NCBI GenBank assembly: GCA_021413965.1
Contig: JAIOPI010000022.1
Coordinates: forward strand, 120,951-184,950
Direction of reading: 5' to 3'
Length of the DNA stretch: 64,000 bases
From: Lentisphaerota bacterium
GTDB taxonomy: Bacteria; Verrucomicrobiota; Kiritimatiellia; UBA8416; JAIOPI01
In this document: one piece after another, positions 9,355-20,600 of the stretch
Numbering within the stretch: the first letter of the stretch is position 1
Layout: the number at the start of each line of letters is the position of its first letter
Program-made: the position numbers and the translations under genes
Notes under the pieces: generated by a model
What the model saw: only the letters and a program-made list of their open reading frames with translations
The model's database searches: none
What the model was told of the DNA's origin: nothing

Positions 9355-11235
9355 TCAATGCTCGTCGCGATGCGTGCGGTCAGCTTCGGATTCCTTGCCC
9401 GAGAACCACGTCCACTTCATCGGGTATTCGTCCGGGTCGAACATGACGAAGTAGAAATGCCACAGGACGATGGCGGCGCAGGCCAGGATCGCCTCGTAGT
9501 AGTGAATCGCGTTGGCAACATCGTAGAGCCACTTCGGGAAGAGCCGCATCGCCCATTCTTCCCACGTCATAAACGCGCCGGTGAGCGTCATGACGATACC
9601 GCCCCACACGAGCGCCCAGTACTCGGCTTTCTCGATGTAGCAGAACCGCGCGAACTTGGGCTTGTGATCGCGCCAGCCGAGATAGTAGGCAAACATCTGG
9701 AAAGGCTGCACAAAATCGGCGCCCGTAAACCACAGGTCCTTGAGATGCCGGCGCCCCTTCGCCGTCCCGAACATGTAGATCAGGTGATACAGCGACAGGG
9801 CGCAGAAAATGACCGCCGCGCCGCGGTGCGCGATGCCCCGCCAGTCAGACTCGCCATGGAATGGTCGCGCCCACCACGCACTCGGGAACCGCAGCGCGAA
9901 GCCGGTGTACGCCAGCGCCACGAAAGAGAGGACCAGCACGACATGCTGGACCCGCTCCACGCGGTGCATGCGCGGCGCCCCCCCTGACGCCTTGGACCGC
10001 AGGTAGTGCTCACGCATCTTCTTGATGAAATCCAGCAGGTTGTGCGCGAACATGCCGCCCAGGACCACGATGAACAGCCAGATGTAAATGCGCCGCACCA
10101 GCCTCACCACGCGATGCTCGACGCCCGGCTGGGTCCCGGAATGGATCTGCCCCTTCGCCACCTGTGCCGACACCCCGGGATGGCACCGTCCACACGTTTC
10201 GATCAGGCTATCCTTGTAGACCGACGAGCGCGAATCGCTCGACGGCAGAATATCATGCGCGCCGTGGCAGGACGCGCAGTTGGCCGCCGTCAGCGACCCG
10301 CGCTGCAGGGAGAGCCCATGAAAACTGGAGACATACGTGTCCACCGTATGCTCGGACATGTTGTACTTGGATACGATCCGCTCGGCGGCGTGGCACTGGC
10401 CGCAGGTTTCCGTGATGTGCGAGGGATAGACTTTGGAGGCCTCTGACGCCACAGGGTCGACGGTATGCTCCCCGTGGCACGTCGTACACACCGGCGCATC
10501 GTGGTTGCCGCTGGCGACAGCCGCACCGTGCACGCTGCGGTCAAATGTCCGCCTAATGTTTTCATGGCACTTGCCGCAGGTTTCAGGAATGCGCTGCCAG
10601 AAGAGCTTGGAGTTGGGATGCGACGCGCGGTGCAGGTCGTGGGACCCGTGGCAATCCGTGCAGGTTGCCGCCATTTCACCGATCTTCGACATGCCGGCCT
10701 GCCCATGAACGCTGGCCTCGTAACTGGCCACGGGCGCCGTTTGGGTCAGTTTGAACTGGCGCATTTTTTCAACGTCCGCATGGCAAACGGCGCAGGTGGA
10801 CACAATATTCGTGCGATAGATGGGCGACTCGGGAACGGTGGCGCCCAAAATCGAGTGCCCGGCGCCGTGGCAATCGCGGCAGTGCGCGGCCACATCGGCT
10901 CCACGGCTCACGGCGCGACCATGGTCGCTCTGCAAGTAAACTTCAGACTCGATCTTATGGCAGACGCTGCAGTCCACCGGAGCCAGCTTCTCCGCGTGCG
11001 GAATCTCCGCGATGTCGCGATGGCACTGGACGCACTGAAGGCCGCCGTGGGCAGATTGAGCGTAGCGCTCCGGCACCACCAGGGGCGCCGTCTCGGCATC
11101 GTTGTGACAGGTGAAGCAGGCGTCGTTGACCAAGTCCTCGTCCACCGTGGCCGCCGTGCTGCCCGTCGCCGACGTCAGCGCCATCAGCATGCCCGCCACC
11201 AGGCCCATCCCCCACCGTGGGTGCCACCTGCTCAT
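9355..11235 (-). CDS. Multiheme cytochrome c (11 CxxCH) fused to an FdnI/HyaC-type di-heme cytochrome b (CbcL/CbcA-like)
   Basis: Signal peptide. CFTCH, CVQCH, CSVCH, CRDCH, CAVCH, CTDCH, CGKCH, CTTCH, CGQCH, CASCH, CGRCH. TM domain with His ligands ERVQH, IAHR, AIHYYE, LWHF. Confidence 0.9.
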   Translation of the reverse strand: MSRWHPRWGMGLVAGMLMALTSATGSTAATVDEDLVNDACFTCHNDAETAPLVVPERYAQSAHGGLQCVQCHRDIAEIPHAEKLAPVDCSVCHKIESEVYLQSDHGRAVSRGADVAAHCRDCHGAGHSILGATVPESPIYRTNIVSTCAVCHADVEKMRQFKLTQTAPVASYEASVHGQAGMSKIGEMAATCTDCHGSHDLHRASHPNSKLFWQRIPETCGKCHENIRRTFDRSVHGAAVASGNHDAPVCTTCHGEHTVDPVASEASKVYPSHITETCGQCHAAERIVSKYNMSEHTVDTYVSSFHGLSLQRGSLTAANCASCHGAHDILPSSDSRSSVYKDSLIETCGRCHPGVSAQVAKGQIHSGTQPGVEHRVVRLVRRIYIWLFIVVLGGMFAHNLLDFIKKMREHYLRSKASGGAPRMHRVERVQHVVLVLSFVALAYTGFALRFPSAWWARPFHGESDWRGIAHRGAAVIFCALSLYHLIYMFGTAKGRRHLKDLWFTGADFVQPFQMFAYYLGWRDHKPKFARFCYIEKAEYWALVWGGIVMTLTGAFMTWEEWAMRLFPKWLYDVANAIHYYEAILACAAIVLWHFYFVMFDPDEYPMKWTWFSGKESEADRTHRDEH

Positions 11236-13421
11236 GGTCCCTCACCTCGTGGTGCGCTCACGGCGGCCGGCCGCTCGGGCGGCTCCTCCGGTGCGTGCAG
11301 GCGCGAGGCCATGGCGTACACGATCAAGGCCAGCAACACGAGTCCGATGCCGAAGAACGTGTATCCAAACGTCCGGTGGATATTGCGCCACTTCATCCAC
11401 TCATCACGGACGCGGTGTTCATCCAGCCGCCCCTCGGAGACCAGGCGATCGTACCAGCGTTCGCGCTCATGCAGCATTTCCGTCTTCGAGATGCGGCCGG
11501 AGAAGATCACCGTATCCATGGGGAACTTCTCGAGCCGGAAGTGTGTATTGAAGAAGTGGAAAGTGAAGATGAAGCCGGCCGCGAGCAGCGCTTCGTCCGA
11601 GTGAATGATCAGGGCGATGTTAATGACCCACCCCGGCATGAACCGCGTGAAAAACTCCGGGAACCACATGATCAGGCCGGAGAGACCGATGGCAAAGACG
11701 CCCCAGAACACGGCGAGGTAGTCAAACTTCTCCCAGTAGGTCCAGCGATCGAACTGAGGCCTCGGCCCCTTGCCGAAGAACCACTTCTGGTGCGCAATGA
11801 AATCGCGCCAGTCCTTCGCGGTCGGGATCATGGAGTCCGGCCCCACCAACGCGCCCAAGGCCAACTTCAGCGACCAGCGTCCCGTGTCCGGGCTGCGATA
11901 CCGGCCGCGATGGAGCCAGGCGCCCTTCAGCAGCTTGGTGACATGCAGCGCAAAGCACAGGAACAGAATGAAGCCGGCAAAGTGGTGAAGCGACCGCGCC
12001 ACGGCCGCGCCGCCCAGCAGGTTGAAAATAAACCGCGCCCACTGCGCTTCATAGAATTTCAGGGGCATGCCCGTCATCACCAGCAGCAGAAAACTGGTGA
12101 CGAGCATGAAGTGCAGCATGCGTTCGAACGGCAGGAACCGCGTAAACCACTCGTCGCCCGTCTGGGCGCGGACCTTGATCTCGCGAAATGCCTTCGAATC
12201 GTGGCGGTAGAGATAGCCCGAGCGGAACACCCAGAAGGCCGTGTGAATCCCGAACACGCCGAAGGTGCCCACGAGGAGGGCCGTCATGAACACGAACGTC
12301 CAGTGAAGCGCCGGATAGTGGATCTTATCCAGGTGGTTGGCGTGCGGGATATACGTCACGAACTTGTCATTGGCCTTCGGATGGCATTGCCGGCAGGTGT
12401 TGACGATGTTGTTGGTCGACAGCCGTGAGGCCGGGTCCGAAGGCGGAAGGACGTCGTGGTGGCCATGGCAGTCGTAGCAGGCGGCGACATCGGACGCCAC
12501 GTTGGGCTTGCCCAGCGCCATCGCCTTGCCGTGATAAGTTTCGTGATAGTACTTGAGCCGATCCTCATGGCACCGGCCGCAGCGCTGGTCGCTGACCTGC
12601 TTGAAGTGAACGTCCGTCGGGGACTCGATCTCGTGCGCCGTGTGGCAATCGATGCACACGGGGCCCGCCTGCCCGCCCTTGGCCAGCAGCTGGCCATGCA
12701 CGCTCGCATTGTAGATCTTCTCCACCGTGACATGGCACTTGCCGCAGGTCTTGGCGACATTGCTGTGGTGAATGGGTGAACTGCGATCCACCGTGCGACG
12801 GATATTGTGAACGCCGTGGCAGTCATTGCAGCTGGGGGCGACGATCAATCCCAGCTTAAGCAGGGCGCGCCCGTGAATGCTCTCGCCGTATTGAGCCGCC
12901 GCCTCCGGATATTTCATCCGGTACTCCTGCGTCAGCGCCTTGCTGCTGTGGCACTTCGCGCAGGTCTGGGGCAGGTTGAGCTTGAAGACCGGGGACGCCG
13001 GATCCTTGGCGGCCAAGATCCCATGGGTGCCGTGGCAGTCCGTGCAGCCGGCTGCCCCCGAACTGCCCATCGCATTGCTCATGCCATGGATGCTGGAGGC
13101 GTATTCCGCGCCCTCGTCAGCGTGACACGTTGCGCAGGCCACGGCGGCCATTTTCTCCGGGTGGGGCAGTTCCGTAATCGCCGCGTGGCAATCCACGCAC
13201 GCCAGTTCGGCATGCACGGAGCCCGCCAGGACCGCCGCGTCCACCCGCGGCGCATCCTCCGCATCCGCGTGGCAGGCGAAGCACGTGTCGTTCGCCACGT
13301 CATCGCCGGCAGCATATAAATTGAGCGTCCCGGCGTTCACGGCCACGCTGGCGCACACGCCCAGCCAAGCCGCCCGCCCGAACCGACTCCCGACATCCCG
13401 CACACCCGGAACTGTGAACAT
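11232..13421 (-). CDS. Multiheme cytochrome c (11 CxxCH) fused to cytochrome b (Geobacter CbcL-like); start codon uncertain
   Basis: CFACH, CVDCH, CATCH, CTDCH, CAKCH, CNDCH, CGKCH, CIDCH, CGRCH, CYDCH, CRQCH. ERMLH, SLHH, IHSDEALLA, FHFFNTH and RWTYWEKFDY. 4-nt overlap with the downstream paralog. Confidence 0.9.
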   Translation of the reverse strand: MFTVPGVRDVGSRFGRAAWLGVCASVAVNAGTLNLYAAGDDVANDTCFACHADAEDAPRVDAAVLAGSVHAELACVDCHAAITELPHPEKMAAVACATCHADEGAEYASSIHGMSNAMGSSGAAGCTDCHGTHGILAAKDPASPVFKLNLPQTCAKCHSSKALTQEYRMKYPEAAAQYGESIHGRALLKLGLIVAPSCNDCHGVHNIRRTVDRSSPIHHSNVAKTCGKCHVTVEKIYNASVHGQLLAKGGQAGPVCIDCHTAHEIESPTDVHFKQVSDQRCGRCHEDRLKYYHETYHGKAMALGKPNVASDVAACYDCHGHHDVLPPSDPASRLSTNNIVNTCRQCHPKANDKFVTYIPHANHLDKIHYPALHWTFVFMTALLVGTFGVFGIHTAFWVFRSGYLYRHDSKAFREIKVRAQTGDEWFTRFLPFERMLHFMLVTSFLLLVMTGMPLKFYEAQWARFIFNLLGGAAVARSLHHFAGFILFLCFALHVTKLLKGAWLHRGRYRSPDTGRWSLKLALGALVGPDSMIPTAKDWRDFIAHQKWFFGKGPRPQFDRWTYWEKFDYLAVFWGVFAIGLSGLIMWFPEFFTRFMPGWVINIALIIHSDEALLAAGFIFTFHFFNTHFRLEKFPMDTVIFSGRISKTEMLHERERWYDRLVSEGRLDEHRVRDEWMKWRNIHRTFGYTFFGIGLVLLALIVYAMASRLHAPEEPPERPAAVSAPRGEGP

Positions 13422-13438
13422 ACAGGCGTGACCCTACC

Positions 13439-13456
13439 CAGCAACCGCGGTTGCTG
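13439..13456. promoter_or_regulatory. Perfect 18-bp palindrome upstream of the cytochrome operon
   Basis: CAGCAACCGCGGTTGCTG in the divergent intergenic region. Confidence 0.4.
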
Positions 13457-13640
13457 CACGTTAATTTTCGGTAAATTTTTGACGATTACCCCGACGCGCA
13501 ACGGTTCAGAAGCGGTGCGGCCTTCGCGGTGTTCGGGTGCCCTGCCCCGGCCGACTGCAGCGCGGCCGGCGATAAAGAAACTCGACGGGCGGGAGCCGCT
13601 GGCGTATACGCGCCTGTCAACCAAACGCACCAGGAGCACC

Positions 13641-14516
13641 ATGCGCATCGAGCACCCGTACAAGAACCTGACCGGCGGCAAGTGGATGAAGGGAAACCTC
13701 CATACTCACAGCACCCGCAGTGACGGCATTCACCCCTTGCAGGACGTCCTCCGTATGTATGCCAAGGGCGGATACGGCTTCCTGATGATGTCCGACCACG
13801 ACGTCTTCACGAGCGAGGCGGACTACAAGGGCCTGAACGCACATGGCCTGGTCCTTCTGCCCGGCAACGAAATCTCCGCCCACGGCGTCCACATGCTGCA
13901 CGTCTATGCCGACCGGCTCGTGCAACCGAACGAAGATCGCCAGTGGGTCATTGACCAGGTCGCCCGCGGGCGCGGCTTCACAATCGTGAACCACCCCAAC
14001 TGGTTTCGCGAGTTTGACCACTGTCCCTTTGAAAAGCTGGAACGCTGGCAGGGCTATGCCGGGCTCGAAATCTACAACGGCGTCATCGGCCGCCTGCACG
14101 GCAGTTCCTATGCGCTGGATTACTGGGATCGCCTCCTGTGGCGCGATCGCCGGGTCTGGGGCTATGCCAATGACGATTTCCACGCCGCCCCCCGCGGGGA
14201 TTTCGCCCTGGGGTGGAACGTGGTCTACGCCAAACCGACCGCCCGCAGCGTCGCCGAGGCGTTGCGCAACGGCCGCTTCTACGCGTCGACAGGCGTCGAC
14301 ATCACCGGCATCGCCGTCAAGGGGCGGCGCATTTCCATCAAGACGCGAAATGCCGACCGCATCGTCGCCCTGCGTGATGTGGCCCAGCGCGTGGCGGTCG
14401 TCGACAAGAAGGAACTCGTCCTCGACGTTCCGGAAGACGCCAAGTACGTGCGCTTTGAGTGCTGGGGACGCGGCGAACAGTTCGCGTGGACCCAACCCTT
14501 CTGGCTGGCGAAGTGA
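13641..14516 (+). CDS. PHP-domain metallohydrolase (CehA/McbA-like)
   Basis: AGGAG RBS before ATG 13641. KGNLHTHSTRSDG, SDH, NHP, LEIYN and DDFH metal ligands. Confidence 0.85.
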   Translation: MRIEHPYKNLTGGKWMKGNLHTHSTRSDGIHPLQDVLRMYAKGGYGFLMMSDHDVFTSEADYKGLNAHGLVLLPGNEISAHGVHMLHVYADRLVQPNEDRQWVIDQVARGRGFTIVNHPNWFREFDHCPFEKLERWQGYAGLEIYNGVIGRLHGSSYALDYWDRLLWRDRRVWGYANDDFHAAPRGDFALGWNVVYAKPTARSVAEALRNGRFYASTGVDITGIAVKGRRISIKTRNADRIVALRDVAQRVAVVDKKELVLDVPEDAKYVRFECWGRGEQFAWTQPFWLAK

Positions 14517-14604
14517 CCCCTGTTCCCAACTGTTGTTGTAGCTACTAGCCGTCGGGTGGTATGATACTCGGGTTGTGTTCTCGATGGACCGCTGCCCGGG
14601 GGGA

Positions 14605-17600
14605 ATGCTCGTGCGTCGCACGTGGGCCGTTACACTTTTCGTGTGGTGCGCGGTCGTCATGGCCATCCAGGCGCGTGCCACCGTTGACGCGTACGGCAAT
14701 TTTCACACCCTCGGCCTGGTCCTGCGCCCCCCCGGCCCGCTGACGGCAGACGCCGTCAGCGGCATCCGCCTGTACGAAGTGACGCCTGGAGGCAATCGCC
14801 GGCTGCTCGACCCGGTCCGCGTCTCCACATTCGACTACTTCGCCGTCTCCGTCTTCGATCTGCAACCGGCCACGACGTACAACTTCCGCGCCGAGTACTA
14901 CAACCTTGCGCGCCAGCTTGCCGCGACGGAAACGTTTACCGGCACCACGCGGCCCGAGCCCGGTGGCACGCCCAACCCCGTCGCACAAATCCACGTGGCA
15001 GTCACGGGCAACGATGCCTACCCGGGCACCGTGCTGCAGCCCAAGCGCACCATCGGCGCCGCCTTCGCGGCGGTCACGGTGCCCGGGACGCACGTGGTCA
15101 TCCACACCGGAACTTACTACGAGGGAGATCTGACGCCGCCCAACGCGGGTACGGCCTCGGCCCCCATCGTCGTCAGGGCCGCCACCAACGAGGTGGTGAT
15201 CCTCGACGGCTCCGCGCAAAACATGCTCCAGACCGGCTGGACCGACCGGAGCGGAGGTTACTATTCGCGCAGTTTCTCAGGCGATACCTGGCTGGTCGCG
15301 TTTCGCAACCGCGTCACCGGCCAGACCTTTCGCTGCTACCCCGTCAGCAGCCTGTCTCAGGTGCTGAACAAGTACGTCGGCAGCACCGCCAACACCTTCG
15401 CAAAGTACAACATCACCGGCGCCTACTACTGTTCCGGCTCCGCGATGCGGCTCTACGCTCCAGCCTTCGTTCCCGGCGGCAATGTGGATATGTGCGTCAG
15501 CATCCGCGACAAGGCCATCGAGCACGGCCAGGACGACTACATCATCTATGACGGGCTGACGTTCCGCTTCTTCCAGGGCATGGGCATTTACGTCAATGAT
15601 TCAAACGACATCATCATCCGCAACTGCCGCTTCGAATACGTCAACGTCCCCATCGGCGTGAAGCGCAACAGCAACCGGCTCCTGGTCGAAGGCTGCACGT
15701 TCATCGATGACTGCACGCGCTGGGGCTTCCTACCCAAGGGCGGCGATGGCTACGGGTACTCGGGCTACATTGAAACCGGCGCCGTCAACGTCTACGGCCC
15801 CTACGACGGACGCGGCCTTGTTTTCCGCCGCAATACGATTGACGGCTTGTTCGACGGCTTGCACCTGTGCCCCTCTCCGATCGCGCCGGCCGTGGACACC
15901 AGCGAAACGGACTGCTACGAAAACACCATCGTCAAAGCGCTGGACGACTTGATGGAACTGGACGGCTTCTCGCTCAACGTCCGCGTGTTCCGCAACTACA
16001 TGTCGAATTACCTGTCGGGCATCTCCATCGCCCAGGCCGTGTACGGGCCGACCTACGTGCTGTACAACGATCTGCGCCGGCACGGCCAATCCACGGCCGT
16101 CTCAATCGATGGCTTTCAGGGCTTTCCCATCAAGAGCAATGGCGGCACGGACTATGGGGACACGGGCCACGTGTTCTTCTTCCACAACTCGATCTGGACG
16201 GACGTCGCCGCAACCCCGGCGTTCCGCGTGCAGTATGCGAACTGGCAGAAACTCACCATGGCCAACAACATCTGGTTGGGAACCGTGGACGGCTGGTTCA
16301 ACTGGCAGACGACCTGTTCGCCAGTCACCATGGCCAAGGACATCATCTACGCCCCGAGCGGGCATTTTTTGACGGTCAGTTATCACACCTATTACGACAC
16401 GCCGGCCGACTGCATCGAAGCCGATCCCAGCTTTTACTTCCTGACCAATGCCATTGCCGCCAACCCCCGGTTCTCCGATCCCGCTAATGGCATCATGACC
16501 ATCGCCAGCAACAGTCCCGCCGTCAACGCGGGCGTCATCATTCCGGGTGTCAACGATCTGAGCTTCACGGGCTCCGCGCCGGATATCGGGGCGCATGAAC
16601 TTGGGGGCGGCGTGGCCGTGGCCTTCTCGGTCAGCAGCGCCACGGTTGCGGAGTCCGCCACGGGCACCGTGGTGCAGGTCAAGTTGAGCCAGGCCGTGGC
16701 GCAGACGGTGACGGTGAATTACCGCGTCACCGGCGGAAGCGCCGGGGACGGCGACGACTTCATCCTGAACCCCGGGCTGGTGAGCTTCCCGCCCGGGCAG
16801 ACCTTGCGTACCTTCCCCATCCGCTTGCTGCCCGACGAGGAGCCGGAAGGCAGCGAAACCGCAGTCATCCAGCTTGCCACGCCTACCAATGCCGTCCTGG
16901 GCGCGCAGTCCCTGTTCACGCTTCAAATTGTCGATGACGATGTGCCGCCGCCGGTGGTCGCCTTCAGCCAGGCCGCGTCCAGTGCACAGGAGTCGCCCGG
17001 CACGCTCAGCATCCCCGTCACGCTCAGCCAGGCCTACGGACTGGCCGTGACCGTGCATGTCGAGGCGGTCAGCGGCACGGCGTCCAATGGTGTGGACTAT
17101 GACCTGCCCCCCGGCGACCTGACGTTCGCCCCCGGCCAGACCGAGCTGCTGGTGGTGATCAGCCTGATCGACGACAGCGAAACGGAACTGGATGAGACGA
17201 TCGGGCTGCAGCTGAGCCTTCCGCTGAATGCCACGCTTGGCACCAACAGCGCGCATACCGTCACCCTGGTCGACAACGACCAGGTTCGCGTGACCTTCGA
17301 TCAAGCCTCGGCCTCGATCGCCGAGAGCGGGGGGTCGCTGCCAGTCGGCATCTCTCTGTCGGCGGCGGCCCCCTTCCCTGTTGCCGTCGATGTCGGAGTC
17401 GATGGCGGCAATGCCGTCAATGACACCGACTATGTATTCCAAGCGGGTGCCTGCCTGTTCCCTCCCGGCCAGACACATACCAATCTGTCGATCCTCATCA
17501 CCGACGACGCGCAGACCGAGGGAAACGAGACCTTTCAGCTGCGCCTGTCCAATGCCGTGCATGCCGTGATCAGCCCGCTTGCCGTCTTCGCCGGCACCAT

Positions 17601-20600
17601 CCGCGACGATGACGCCGCCGTGGCTTATGTCGACCACGATGCCGTGGGCGCGAACACCGGCACGTCCTGGGCCAATGCCTTCACGGATCTGGCCGATGCC
17701 ATGGACACCGTCCTGCCCCTGACCCAGCTCTGGGTGGCGGAAGGCACATACACGCCGGGCAACACGCCAGATGCGGCCTTTGTCCTGCGCGAAAACATCG
17801 CCCTGCACGGAGGGTTCTCCGGAATCGAATCCCAGCTTGTCCAGCGGGCCATCGGCGCCCATCCGACGATTTTGAGCGGCGATCTGGCGCAGAACGACAC
17901 CGCCAACTGGGGCAGTCGAGCGGACAATGCACGGCATGTTCTGATTGGAGAAACCAACAATTTGACGCTCAGCGGGCTGATCATCCGCGGCGGCAACGCG
18001 TCCACGGGGTCGGTTTTCCTTGCTGAGAACCAGGGCGGCGGCCTGTGGGCCAACCTGGTGACCGGCTTAACCATGTCTCACTGCGTCTTCACCGACAACG
18101 CCGCGGCGGCCGGGGGCGGGATGTACCTGAGACGTTGCGCGGGTGTCGTGATTGAGGATTGCGATTTCAGCGGCAACATGGCCACGGAGGTCGGCGCCGA
18201 TCGTGGTTCAGGCGCCATCGGCGGTGAGGCTTTTGTCGTCGGCCAAGATGCGCGCATCAGCCGCTGCCGGTTTACGGGCAATACCGCCCCGGGCGGCCGC
18301 GGTGGCGCCTTCTATGCCACGACCACCGGCTGGGAAGTCAATTTCATCAACTGCCTCTTCGCCGGCAATACGGCTGGGGATGTCGGCGGCGGCGTCTTCC
18401 TGCGCGTCTACGATTCGCAACTCATAAACTGCACGTTCAGCGGCAACACGCCGTCCGCCGTCTATGTGCGCGATGCCTCACCGGTCGCCGTCAACAGCAT
18501 CCTGTGGGGCGATGCGGACGAAGTGGCCATCTACAGCGGCAACTTTTCCGCCACGTACACGGACATCGACGACGCGGCGCTGGCCAGCAGCAGCCAGAAC
18601 CTGCGCGCCGACCCGCTATGGCGCGGCGCGCCAAGCGGCACACTGGCGGCACCGGCCACCTATAATCCTCGCACCGGGCTTACCACCCTGACCATCGCGG
18701 GCGGGGGCTGGCTGCCGAACGAGCACGCCGGACGCACGGTGAATCCCAGCACGCTGCAGCAGCGCCAGTTCCTCGTGCACGCCAACACCACCAACGCCCT
18801 GACGGTCTGGGGCGATGCGTCAGCCCTCGGGACCAACGGCGCGCATTTCAGCCTGCACGACTATCGCCTCTCGGATGCCAGCCCCTGCCTGGACGCGGCC
18901 AACGCCGCCAGCGCCCCCCCCGGCGACATCGAAGGCAGCGCGCGTCCGCAAGGCCTGGGTGTGGACATGGGCGCCTACGAACTGGGTTCCTTCCGGTCTG
19001 ATTTCTCCGCCAGCCCACGATCAGGCTTCGGGCCGCTCGCCACCACCTTCACGGCTGTCACCTATGGCGGGAGCAGCACCGGGCTGCACTACTGGTGGGA
19101 CTTCGATAGCGACGGATCGACCGACCTCGCCGGGACCAACCTGAACGTCGTGACCAACACGTACCTGCTGCCCGGTTCGTATGCCGTGACGCTCGCCGTC
19201 AGCAATGCGCTGGGCGAGGTGTCGACCATCACGCGTGACGCTTACGTCCAACTCAGTCCCCCGGTCATCTACGTCTCGCTGCAGGGCGCGCACCAGTGGC
19301 CTTATGCGTCGTGGTCCACGGCGGCCACGAACATTGCAGACGCGCTTTCCGTGGCCGTCGATGGCGCCCTGGTCCTCGTCTCCAACGGCGTTTATGCGCT
19401 CGAGAACCAGCTGATTTTGAACCGCGCCATCACCCTGAAGGGAGCCTTCGGTCCGAACGAAACCGTGCTGTCAGGACGGCACGCCGTGCGATGCCTGTAC
19501 CTTGCCAACGCCGGCGCCGTGGTGGACGGGCTCACCCTCAGTGAAGGCTGGGGCGACCGTGGGGGCGGCGCCTACCTGGACGGCGGCGGCCTGCTGACCA
19601 ACTGCGTCGTGCGGCATAACGAAGTCTCCAACGAGGGCGGCGGCGTCTATGTCTTCCAGGCCGGTACGGTGCGCGACTCCACGGTGGCGTCGAACAACTG
19701 CGTCTTCACGGGCGGGGGACTTTACCTGTACCAGGGAGGGCTGGCTGAGCACGTCAGCATCGAGGGGAACACGGCCAACTTCGGCGGAGGCATCTCCATT
19801 TACCTCGACGGCGAGGTCACGTCCTGCACCATCGCCGGCAACGTCAGCGTCAGTCCCGATGCAAACAGGGAATCCGCCGATGGCGGCGGAATCTACGCCA
19901 TCGGCGGCGGGCGCGTCCGCGACAGCCTGATCCTCGGCAATCGATCCGGCGATGATGGCGGCGGCGCCTACGCCACGGCCACGAGCCGCTTCGAGCGCTG
20001 CGTCTTCGCCTTCAACATCGCCGGAGACGATGCGGGCGGATTCCAGGGCGGCGAAACCGGCGGCACGCCGGGCGGCACGCTGCACGAATGCCTGCTCACG
20101 TCCAACCAGGCGAGCGACAAGGGCGGTGGCATGTACCTGTGGAGCGCCGCCCTCGCCGTCAACTGCGTGGTGATCTCGAACACGGCCAACCTGGGTGCCG
20201 GCGTGTACTCACGCGACGGCGGCTCGCTCCAGAATTGCACCGTCAGCCTGAATAGCGCCGGCAACAACGGCGGGGGCCTGATGTCGAACAATGGCGGGCT
20301 CACGCGCAACACGATCGTGAATCTGAACTACTCGCCCTTGGAACTCGACGTGGCCGCCATTGGAAGCCCTCACCTGTATGACTATGTCTGTTCCAGTGGC
20401 CCATTGCCCGGCAACGGCAACACCACCAACGATCCCGCTTTCGCAGACGTCACATCCGGCAATCTCCGCCTGACCGCCGGCTCCTCCTGCATCGATACGG
20501 GGAGCGACGAACATGCACCGGCCATCGACTTCGACGGCACGCCACGCCCAAAAAACGGCGACCTGAACGGGTCCGCCCAGTTCGATATCGGTGCGTTTGA

